Source of the DNA: a virus
Lineage: Duplodnaviria; Caudoviricetes
Reading direction: 5' to 3' (one strand)
DNA: 28,144 bases
IMG/VR virus record: IMGVR_UViG_3300025112_004171
Location: 1-28,144 of that record
A program made the position numbers and the translations under genes. Positions 16,769-24,931 of the stretch are shown in pieces. The notes beneath the pieces were generated by a model. The model had not been told where the DNA came from. It saw only the letters and a program-made list of their open reading frames with translations, and ran no database searches. How positions within the stretch are numbered: the first letter of the stretch is position 1; each line of letters opens with the position of its first letter.

Positions 16769-19726
16769 TTAGCTTTGTATTGTTGTTCCACCTTGCCCAC
16801 CAAACTCGTTGTAAAGTTCATCTCTATTCCCTATAGCAAGTCTGACAACTTGTGAGGCGTTACTGAATAAGTTTGTTACTACAAAGTCTACAACACCAAT
16901 TTCACCTGAAAGAGTATTCGGATCACTTGTTGCAGACTTCACCAATTCAGAGAGTTGTAGTTTGATTTGTATGTCATCTTCATCTAATTTCGAAGTGAAT
17001 AAATTATCTTTCCCACTAATAACTCTACCCTTACCGTTGTCAATATCTCCCACTTCAGCTACAAAATAGTTTGTTCCATCTGAAGAACTAGGGAATTCAA
17101 ACTTTATTGCAGGTTGATCAGTCTTAAATGACTTGCCTACTCTGAGCATTTTTACAGTTCCATCGATATAACCGTTAGTGGCTGACGATGAAGCAGTAGG
17201 TGATATAAGTCTTCTTGACAACGTTATACTTACTTCAGTTGCTGAAGGTGTTGAGGGCAATATTTTTACAGGAATAAATCTTCCAACTCTTGTTGCTGAG
17301 AATCTTGGAACATTTATTGAGTCATTATCTTTATTTGAAAGAGGCACAATTGCTTGAGAGGTTATAGTATCTTTGATAAATTCTTGCACACCATTGTTGT
17401 ATTTGTAACCCTCAAAGGATGCTGTTGTTGTTCCTGAAGCAGCTGTTGAGTCGAATTCTAAGTAGTGAGTATTTATTTTAGCTGAAACAGCCTGTTGTTC
17501 AACTAAGTCATATTCCTTTCTTCTTATTTTTGGCCTCTCTAATATGTGTGGTTCAACAAGTAAACCTTTAGATAGTATATTAGATTTCGCTGGAATAAAC
17601 TGCTCCATGAATTCGAATATGCCACCAAGGACATCGTTAAAGTTGTCCATTGCATCTACAAATGTATTGATCTCAGCAATGTCTTTGCCGTTATATCTAG
17701 TAGTAACATCTTGAAGAGTGTTTTGTAGACTTCCGGAATAACTATCTTCATATAGCGCTTCCGGATCACCTAACATATGTTTGATATTGACATCTTGTAT
17801 GCAGTTTCTTATATCTCTATTAACAGCATTTATTGGAGTGAGATGTATTGATATGTCACCTGGATCATCTAGGAATTTCTCATCATCAGTAGACTGTCTT
17901 ACTTTATCATTGTCTATAAACAATGCAGAAGGATACCAATGACTAAATTTCTGTTGATTTGTAAATACTTTGTATCTCTTTGTAGATTGGTTTTCAAAGT
18001 TGATAGGGTTAGCAGTATTTCCAGCAGTAGTAGAATCAATTATGTAGTTATATCCACCTGTAAGAATAATGTCTTCTTTAAGTTTCCAATGTGCTGATAG
18101 ACTTCCATAACCAGCTCCATTAGAAGCTGTTGAGTTTATAAACGATATTGATTCAAAATTTCTTACATGTTCTTTCAAATCCTCTTCTTCAAGAGGCACT
18201 GTCCAAGATCTTACTTCGTGAATGTAACCATTGAATGAGCCAGATCCTGGGAAGTAAGCTCCAAAAGAAGCAGATCCACCCGATGAATCGAAATTAACGG
18301 CTTGGACACCTGTTGTCACTGCAGAGGCTAGCATGACAATGTCATCACCACCAGAACCAGAACCAGATAGTCCCATTGTCCAGATCTTCAAGTTGTCACC
18401 AGTTCTAGATGCTATGACGTGGATGAAGTTGTCTTTCTTCTGGATGAATGAAGATATTGATGATTGCACTGTACTAGCTGTTGTTCCGGCTTCTACTTCA
18501 AAATGTGCTTGACCTGATGCATCTAACTTGATTTGATATAGAGGATGTTGTAATAGAATATGTTCTGTAGCAGATGTTACAGAAACTCTTATTTCTATTG
18601 TAAAGTCTCTTGATCCATCAAAGTCTAATGCTGACACACTTCCTGTAGGCATTTGAACATACACATCACCAGTAGAGAATAATGTAGGGACATCAACTTC
18701 TTCTGGAACTTTTATCCTTCTATCTCGCTCAAGGATAGTATACTCATCAACTTTTAAGAAGTTGTGATCAACACCGTACATCCTTCCGATAGCCTCTAAG
18801 CACTCTCTCGTCCCTTTGTTCTTAAGTATATAAGCAAGGTTGTTTACAATTCTGTTCCAAATGCTATAAGCTATATCTTGTGTTGTAACAGCAGTTGAAG
18901 ACTGCATTAGAAATGATGACAGTGCAGCATTTACAGCTGATTGGTATAGGTTTATTCCGAAGTGGTTTGCCAGAACAGGAAGGAACTTGTTTGGTGTTCT
19001 ATCATGATCTTCATAGCTTGTATGCTTCAAATAAGACATCTGATCAACAAACGATTTTATTTCATCCAAACTATCTGCAAATGCTTGTAATGTTTTTTCA
19101 AGAAGATAGTTTTCATCGTTATAGAACAATACTTCTGGTAACATGTTTCTAAACTTTGGTGTCCTTGTTACATAACTCTCTGCAGTCCCCGCCCAAGCAT
19201 AATGATCGTTTGCAGAGCCAGCACTATGTGGTACAATTTCGTAGTTTTGCTCTTCAAAGTTATGAGCTGAAGCTGAAATAGAATTTACAGTTGCTGTTTG
19301 CGAACCAGTTATAGTATTGCTTTGATCTCTTATGATGTATGTTAAATTAACAGTTTCACCTAATTGGTTTGTTGATGAAGCTGTTATAGAACTAGTTAGA
19401 CTTAATTGATCTAGTAACCACAAATCAAATCCTGAAGATTCTTTTTTCCATTGGTCAACTTTGTATACGTTTTCTGCACATAACGAAGAGACATCTCCAC
19501 CTGACAATCCAATTGGATATATGTTCTCAATTCTACTTAATGAATTTCTGAACTTTCTTATTGCGTCAGCAAAGAATACGTGATTAGACCATCTACCATA
19601 ATCTACTGCTGGAACAACTCTTGCTTGGCTTCCTGTTAATGCCAAGTCAGCATAGTTAGATGAAGTCGATCCTATTCCTGATAGTGACTCAATCAGCGAA
19701 TTAAATGTATATCCTACTTCTGGCAT
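16769..19726 (-). CDS. baseplate wedge-like protein (P2 gpI/T4 gp7-like region) with LamG-like domain
   Basis: FLPVLANHFGINL...YILKNKGTRECLEAIGRMYG (gpI-like); DFTIEIRV, FIHVIASR, FNGYIHEVRSW (LamG); FIPAKSNILSKGLLVEPHILERPK. Confidence 0.75.
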   Translation of the reverse strand: MPEVGYTFNSLIESLSGIGSTSSNYADLALTGSQARVVPAVDYGRWSNHVFFADAIRKFRNSLSRIENIYPIGLSGGDVSSLCAENVYKVDQWKKESSGFDLWLLDQLSLTSSITASSTNQLGETVNLTYIIRDQSNTITGSQTATVNSISASAHNFEEQNYEIVPHSAGSANDHYAWAGTAESYVTRTPKFRNMLPEVLFYNDENYLLEKTLQAFADSLDEIKSFVDQMSYLKHTSYEDHDRTPNKFLPVLANHFGINLYQSAVNAALSSFLMQSSTAVTTQDIAYSIWNRIVNNLAYILKNKGTRECLEAIGRMYGVDHNFLKVDEYTILERDRRIKVPEEVDVPTLFSTGDVYVQMPTGSVSALDFDGSRDFTIEIRVSVTSATEHILLQHPLYQIKLDASGQAHFEVEAGTTASTVQSSISSFIQKKDNFIHVIASRTGDNLKIWTMGLSGSGSGGDDIVMLASAVTTGVQAVNFDSSGGSASFGAYFPGSGSFNGYIHEVRSWTVPLEEEDLKEHVRNFESISFINSTASNGAGYGSLSAHWKLKEDIILTGGYNYIIDSTTAGNTANPINFENQSTKRYKVFTNQQKFSHWYPSALFIDNDKVRQSTDDEKFLDDPGDISIHLTPINAVNRDIRNCIQDVNIKHMLGDPEALYEDSYSGSLQNTLQDVTTRYNGKDIAEINTFVDAMDNFNDVLGGIFEFMEQFIPAKSNILSKGLLVEPHILERPKIRRKEYDLVEQQAVSAKINTHYLEFDSTAASGTTTASFEGYKYNNGVQEFIKDTITSQAIVPLSNKDNDSINVPRFSATRVGRFIPVKILPSTPSATEVSITLSRRLISPTASSSATNGYIDGTVKMLRVGKSFKTDQPAIKFEFPSSSDGTNYFVAEVGDIDNGKGRVISGKDNLFTSKLDEDDIQIKLQLSELVKSATSDPNTLSGEIGVVDFVVTNLFSNASQVVRLAIGNRDELYNEFGGQGGTTIQS

Positions 19727-20337
19727 ATATTCTCTCTAACGTCTGTTATCTTACCTGCTGATGGATTGTCGCCTAAATCTATAGCAACATATCTATTACC
19801 CTTCTTCATAACGTTTCCGCCATGTAAATCCCATCCTTGTATACCGATCTTCTTTATATGCAATGCAGCTTTCATCAAGTCGTCATATAGTTTCAATGCA
19901 TCTTTGCTCATGTTCTGTTTTATTGTTGCTCTTGTTTTAACTAAGTTTTCTTTTGAATTTGTGCCATTTATGTAGCTTGTAAGTTCAAGATGCATATCAC
20001 TTCTTTTCTTATTTGTACCCATGTTGAAATTCTGCTCAATTATCTCATCTGTTTTCTCACCATCAATTTTCTTCAATTTGTCTATTTCAATGAAGTAAAC
20101 ACCTTTGATAGATTTATAGCGCCAGGCTTTGTGCACCTTGACAATATAAGGGCTTGGGTTGTCTCTAACTAAAGACATTGCTTTTGCTTCTTCTTTGTCT
20201 GTAGTAATTTTGAGAACTCTACTAGCATTTCCTTTAATTTCAAAGACACTACCGAAAAACCCTTTGCCTAGTTTCTTCCCTAATACATAACCGTCATTTT
20301 CTAGTTTAGATAAAGCTTTTTGAGTAGCTCTACTCAT
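19714..20337 (-). CDS. minimal protein-kinase-like protein
   Basis: Gly loop LGKGFFGSVF, VLKIT lysine, helix-C Glu (KEEA), catalytic DLHGGN, metal-binding IDLG. Confidence 0.85.
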   Translation of the reverse strand: MSRATQKALSKLENDGYVLGKKLGKGFFGSVFEIKGNASRVLKITTDKEEAKAMSLVRDNPSPYIVKVHKAWRYKSIKGVYFIEIDKLKKIDGEKTDEIIEQNFNMGTNKKRSDMHLELTSYINGTNSKENLVKTRATIKQNMSKDALKLYDDLMKAALHIKKIGIQGWDLHGGNVMKKGNRYVAIDLGDNPSAGKITDVRENICQK

Positions 20338-21728
20338 TATATAATCTCAAAGTTTTTCTTCTGATCTCTCAAATATATAGTTTCACCACGTATATTGAGT
20401 TTAATCACTGGATAGTATTTGAATCCTGTATATAGATTTGTTGTATCGATAACAAAGAAGTTCCCGTTTTTATCGTATGACAAATTCTCAGCAGGTATTT
20501 CAACTTCATCCGTATTAGCTTCTCTTATTTCAAAAGTTGCATCAGTGCAAGTAAATGTGTTTGTTGCTGTAGTTGCAGCTGTCATTGGTACCCAAGTGAT
20601 AGAATCATCTTTTATGTTTACAAATATTCTAGTTTTAGAGTTTTCTTCATATTCGTTCTTTAGATTTCTAAGAACTATCTTATAAGATGATGTTTGAAAT
20701 TCATCAAATCCAGAACTAGCATTAGTTGTTGTAAAATCAAATGTATAGTTTGCTGTAGGAGAAGCAGAAACAAACCAGTTGTCCTTGAATGCTGTATACG
20801 TATTAGCGGTTAGAGCCAAGGTGCCAATGTTACATTTGTATATCCCTTTAGAATGTCTAGCAGCTGTTAGATTCGTTGTAATAGAAGTACCACTGTCAGC
20901 TGTACCCGATCCTTGTGTAGATGATGTTAAGCCACTTAACGTAATATTACCAGGAAAATCACTTGTTGAGTTTAAATCCTGGAGCTGGCCATTTATAATA
21001 TTATAGAACCACAACAAACCTGTGCTGTTAAATGCTATAGAACTTCTATCATCTTTAATTGAGTTGTCCCATTCTAATGCAATGTATGGTCTCTTTCTAG
21101 TATTTGTTGTTCTACCGTAGAACTTCTTGTAGTACAAACTGTTTGCTGATGTTGAGCCAGTCTTTATCTCTTCTGTATCTGTCATTTTGAGAATGACACC
21201 AAAGTTACCAGTATTACCGGCGTACCATTCGTTGAATAGATTTGTTATGTTTACCTTAAGGTCTTCTTCACCGTGATCAAATGATTGAGTTGCAGAGTTA
21301 GCATCAACTTCAAATGTTCCACCTGTTGTTGTCCAAGCATTAGTTGAATCAGCTGATACAGCATTTGCATAGCCTGTTTCTGTTAAATCGTCTAAGTCTA
21401 ACCCATTTCCTTCAGTCCATTCTTGTGTTAATGGATGGACATTTACGCTGAAAGAGGTAGCTTGCTCATCACCGTGTTTGCAATTATACACATATAGATA
21501 CGTTGTTACAGTAGAATCAGTTGCAGGATCAGGGAGATTTCCTGCACTTATGTCACCTGTAATAGCCGAAAGATTGAACTTCATTAGAATCCTTGAAAAC
21601 TGCTTACGTTCTTTAGCAGTATCGAATAGATTCTCTAATTGCAATATTGGTGCTAAGCCCACGTTTGATGTCAGACTTCTTTCGAATATACTTGTATCTT
21701 GACTTCCGAATGCTCGTTTCTGACTCAT
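20337..21728 (-). CDS. DNRLRE-like (beta-sandwich) virion protein
   Basis: DTSI...SNVG, SRILMKFNLS, VHPLTQEWTEGNG, WTTTGG, VNITNLFNEW, NFGVILK, RPYIALEWD; S/T-rich. Confidence 0.7.
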   Translation of the reverse strand: MSQKRAFGSQDTSIFERSLTSNVGLAPILQLENLFDTAKERKQFSRILMKFNLSAITGDISAGNLPDPATDSTVTTYLYVYNCKHGDEQATSFSVNVHPLTQEWTEGNGLDLDDLTETGYANAVSADSTNAWTTTGGTFEVDANSATQSFDHGEEDLKVNITNLFNEWYAGNTGNFGVILKMTDTEEIKTGSTSANSLYYKKFYGRTTNTRKRPYIALEWDNSIKDDRSSIAFNSTGLLWFYNIINGQLQDLNSTSDFPGNITLSGLTSSTQGSGTADSGTSITTNLTAARHSKGIYKCNIGTLALTANTYTAFKDNWFVSASPTANYTFDFTTTNASSGFDEFQTSSYKIVLRNLKNEYEENSKTRIFVNIKDDSITWVPMTAATTATNTFTCTDATFEIREANTDEVEIPAENLSYDKNGNFFVIDTTNLYTGFKYYPVIKLNIRGETIYLRDQKKNFEII

Positions 21729-21744
21729 CTATTTTCTCACTAGT
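21726..21744. repeat. 19-bp direct repeat, copy 1 (minus strand ACTAGTGAGAAAATAGATG)
   Basis: catctattttctcactagt, identical to 22131-22149. Confidence 0.9.
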
Positions 21745-22133
21745 TCAAATTCACCAGTTGGTTGTTTTGTTGCATAATATCCCATTTTGTTAGCAAACTT
21801 GTCAATTAATCTTCTATACAATTTATTTCTACTTTTTTCTTTAGCTGTGAAATATAATCTCTCTGGCTCGATTTCTTTCAAAAATTCTGTCACTACAGCA
21901 ATAACTGTAGCGAATACTCTGAACTCGTCGCCTGTATTTAATACTCCTTCTGGTTCATCATATCCGCTTACATTTCCGAAAGATAACATCCAAGCTTCAT
22001 CATCAGCACTATAAAACAAAACTATATGATATTGCTCTCCCACATCAGTTTTGAATAGAATCCCCCATTCACGTTTTGACTTCTTATGAAATTTCCATTT
22101 ATATGGTTTGTTTAATACTTCATTCAATAACAT
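21729..22133 (-). CDS. small passenger protein with MLLNE leader; tandem paralog
   Basis: KPYKWKF, GDEFRVFATVI, FTAKEKSRNKLY, LVRK shared with 22134-22520. Confidence 0.85.
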   Translation of the reverse strand: MLLNEVLNKPYKWKFHKKSKREWGILFKTDVGEQYHIVLFYSADDEAWMLSFGNVSGYDEPEGVLNTGDEFRVFATVIAVVTEFLKEIEPERLYFTAKEKSRNKLYRRLIDKFANKMGYYATKQPTGEFELVRK

Positions 22134-22149
22134 CTATTTTCTCACTAGT
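22131..22149. repeat. 19-bp direct repeat, copy 2
   Basis: catctattttctcactagt, identical to 21726-21744. Confidence 0.9.
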
Positions 22150-22520
22150 ATATAATCACCGTATTTTGACCTTTTTGCTTTATATCCAAGCTTGCTGCCA
22201 ATAACTTTCACAAATTTGTTATACAACTTGATTCTGCTATTTTCTTTAGCAGTAAACTCAAGTCTTTTTGGTTTATGTATCTTTATAAAGTTTTTTATGA
22301 TATCAATAACAGTTGCAAACACTTTAAATTCATCACCTTCACCTGATACTTCTTCATCACTATCAATTGCGAAAGCTATGCTCCATTCTCCTGGATGTTC
22401 TTGTTTGAAATCAATGTATCCTTCTTTTCCATCAACATCAAACATAGCATCCCAAAAGTCTTTTCTTTTTTCATGCCATTTCCAGGGAAGTGGTTTGTCG
22501 AATAATTCTTGAAGTTTCAT
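22134..22520 (-). CDS. small passenger protein with MKLQE leader; tandem paralog
   Basis: KPLPWKW, GDEFKVFATVI, FTAKENSRIKLY, LVRK; preceded by GAGATATCTA. Confidence 0.85.
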   Translation of the reverse strand: MKLQELFDKPLPWKWHEKRKDFWDAMFDVDGKEGYIDFKQEHPGEWSIAFAIDSDEEVSGEGDEFKVFATVIDIIKNFIKIHKPKRLEFTAKENSRIKLYNKFVKVIGSKLGYKAKRSKYGDYILVRK

Positions 22521-22529
22521 TAGATATCT

Positions 22530-22709
22530 CTATTCATAGCTCTTTATTTCATCAACAGCTAGCTCCAACATCTTCGCTGCTTTCTTTACAAGAATCTGTG
22601 TTGACATCTGTTGCATAGATCTTTCATTCTTAACCATCATACGTAACTGAGTGATCATTGAATCAATTTTCTTAGATGACGTTTCTAATTTAGCTTCTGA
22701 TAGTTTCAT
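22530..22709 (-). CDS. small helical passenger protein with MKLSE leader (59 aa)
   Basis: ATG 22707-22709 overlaps the gp6-like TAA (TAATG) with GGAGAG upstream; the longer ORF-track start lies inside the upstream gene. Confidence 0.7.
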   Translation of the reverse strand: MKLSEAKLETSSKKIDSMITQLRMMVKNERSMQQMSTQILVKKAAKMLELAVDEIKSYE

Positions 22710-24511
22710 TATATCGCTCTCCCAACTATGTCGAAGTTTAGATATTTTATTTCCCAAACACAATCCTCTGGGAGATATATAATTTTGTTTCTAGTATTTG
22801 ATTCTACATTAAACTCTACATTTGAATAAGTTCTACCGTCAACTGTGTTCCTGATATTTGTTATATTGAATGAGGATACTGCTTTGATTTTGTCAACACT
22901 CTGTAACTTACTTTCAATATCAGATAGAACTATTATGTCACCAAAGTTAGAGTTCTGGCTATCAAGTTCTCTCTTCAAAATATAGAATGCTTCAAGCAAT
23001 GCTTCATTAGCATTACTATTAGGCTCTGGCACTATAGAGAAATCAACTTTTAAGTTTACAATCTTTCCATCAGTTAGTTTTATAGAATCAGAAAACGATT
23101 TGAATCTACTTAGATATGTTTCAATGTTATTTTTGAGTACTGCTTGAGGGGCTATAACGTATCCATCTGAATCCTTTGCAGCAAGAAAGATCTCAACTCC
23201 CAATTTGTTTGATGGATCTTTTCTAGCATAAGTTCTATATACTGTCCCAAATTTAGATGGCATACTCATTGTTATGATCTGATAATCTTGTAATGTAACA
23301 GCTCTATTTTGTGCTCCAAAGAAAGCAAGTGCATTCTCACTCATCTCTTCATTGGTTTCTCTTTCATGACCACCTGTTGCTTGTTTTTCATTTGAAGTTG
23401 ACAAATTAACTCTGATCGTTTCTGTTTCAGAAGGATATAGAGTTTCAAAATTCGGTGTTTTAAATGTCATACTTCTTTCTCTAATTTCAGTAAGCAAATT
23501 AGAACCAACATTAGTAGTTATTCCTCCTCCATATCTATATGTCACATCAAGAGAAACGTCTGCAGGAGCAATGCCCAAAGTTTTAGTATCCAAGAACGTT
23601 GCTGAATTTATAGTTGTAGGAGAGAAACTAGATGCTGAACCTCTTAACGTAGGAGGCAATACAAAGTCTTCTGGGTTTGGTACCACTTCAGAGTCTTCTA
23701 GTGTTAACTTACCAGAGCCAAATCTAATTGAAGTTAGATCACCCGGTTCTCTTTCAACAACAAATCTTCTAGGAACTCTCTTCATCTTCATTACATAAGG
23801 AACTGTTGCTGAGGATGATGTGTTATTGTTTTCACCAATGAACACTGTATCCTGTGCCAAGTACTCAGTTTCAAACCATTCATTACCATCTGAGCTAGTC
23901 AATGAAACAATCTCTGTTATATCTTGATCGGGTAATGTAATCTTTAAGTACTTAGTGGGCTGTCCAACTGTGTAATTGAATGTTCTAGTTCTACCTGCAA
24001 CAGCAGAGACACTTGAAATAGAAGCTGTTGTGAATGTTCCATCAGATGTAACTGATCTATTAGCTGTGACAGAAAAATCAACATCTTCTATTATCTCAAA
24101 AGAAACACTAGAGTCTAGATTAGAAACAACTCTTGTACCCTTATTTAGTACGAAAAGTGAAGTAGCAGAACTTGCTTGCGTCATAACTGAGCTTACTGAT
24201 AGATTGACAACTGCAGGAGTTACAAACTTTGGTTTCCTTCCAAGGGTTTTAGACAATCCCATTATATTTTTTCTTTCAACAGCTCTATTGATAAACGTTT
24301 CATTTGCTTGTCTATCAATATAGAACGACATTAAATCTCCAACATAGGCAATCATTTCAAGGAGTGCCATACCACCTGAAGCTTCATTGAAGTCTTGCCA
24401 TTCATCTGGGAAATTCTGTTGTAAGAAATTTATTAGATCTTGTTTTATTGAGTCAAAGTCTTTACTCAAATAATTTATGTTTCGCACTTCTTTTAAAGAT
24501 GTAGTTGCCAT
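22709..24511 (-). CDS. gp6: baseplate wedge subunit (T4 gp6/P2 gpJ-like)
   Basis: NYLSKDFDSIKQDL, DFNEASGGMALLEMIAYVGDLMSFYIDRQANETF, IRFGSG, YRYGGG, QNRAVTLQDY. Confidence 0.9.
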   Translation of the reverse strand: MATTSLKEVRNINYLSKDFDSIKQDLINFLQQNFPDEWQDFNEASGGMALLEMIAYVGDLMSFYIDRQANETFINRAVERKNIMGLSKTLGRKPKFVTPAVVNLSVSSVMTQASSATSLFVLNKGTRVVSNLDSSVSFEIIEDVDFSVTANRSVTSDGTFTTASISSVSAVAGRTRTFNYTVGQPTKYLKITLPDQDITEIVSLTSSDGNEWFETEYLAQDTVFIGENNNTSSSATVPYVMKMKRVPRRFVVEREPGDLTSIRFGSGKLTLEDSEVVPNPEDFVLPPTLRGSASSFSPTTINSATFLDTKTLGIAPADVSLDVTYRYGGGITTNVGSNLLTEIRERSMTFKTPNFETLYPSETETIRVNLSTSNEKQATGGHERETNEEMSENALAFFGAQNRAVTLQDYQIITMSMPSKFGTVYRTYARKDPSNKLGVEIFLAAKDSDGYVIAPQAVLKNNIETYLSRFKSFSDSIKLTDGKIVNLKVDFSIVPEPNSNANEALLEAFYILKRELDSQNSNFGDIIVLSDIESKLQSVDKIKAVSSFNITNIRNTVDGRTYSNVEFNVESNTRNKIIYLPEDCVWEIKYLNFDIVGRAI

Positions 24512-24520
24512 TTACTCTCT

Positions 24521-24922
24521 CTATCCAATAGTAAATTGTACAGAATCTGTAGCAGATTCAGCATTTTTAAGTTTGTATTCCATCCTAACTCTCACCTGTG
24601 AATAGCTCAAACTAGCATCTTCATCTCTAGTTAGAACTGCTATGTCACTTAATATTACATTTGGCATCCATTTTTCTAGAGCACTTGTTATTTCATTTCT
24701 AACAATAACTTTCATTTCAGTTCTATCAATTTGTTCGAATAATATGCCATCAAATACTGGAATGTTTGTACCAAGATCTACATTAATTACTCTTTCACCT
24801 TTCATAGTAAGCAGCAACACTTTTATGTCTTCTTTGACAGCATCTAATGTAGTGTCATTTGCCATAAAGAAACCTCTATCAAATTTTCTTAGAGGAAATT
24901 TCAAGTTTATTGTTTTAGCCAT
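24521..24922 (-). CDS. gp25: baseplate wedge/sheath initiator (GPW/gp25 family)
   Basis: LKFPL, VKEDIKVLLLTMKGERV...LGT...LFEQ, ALEKWMPNV; directly upstream of the gp6-like gene. Confidence 0.9.
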   Translation of the reverse strand: MAKTINLKFPLRKFDRGFFMANDTTLDAVKEDIKVLLLTMKGERVINVDLGTNIPVFDGILFEQIDRTEMKVIVRNEITSALEKWMPNVILSDIAVLTRDEDASLSYSQVRVRMEYKLKNAESATDSVQFTIG

Positions 24923-24931
24923 TAGAATTTC

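Noticed and set aside
11259-22520. Repeated C-termini and short repeats as a diversity-generating retroelement or CRISPR array
   Set aside because: No reverse transcriptase, no adenine-specific template/variable repeat pair and no regularly spaced repeat-spacer series; similarity is ordinary protein-level paralogy.
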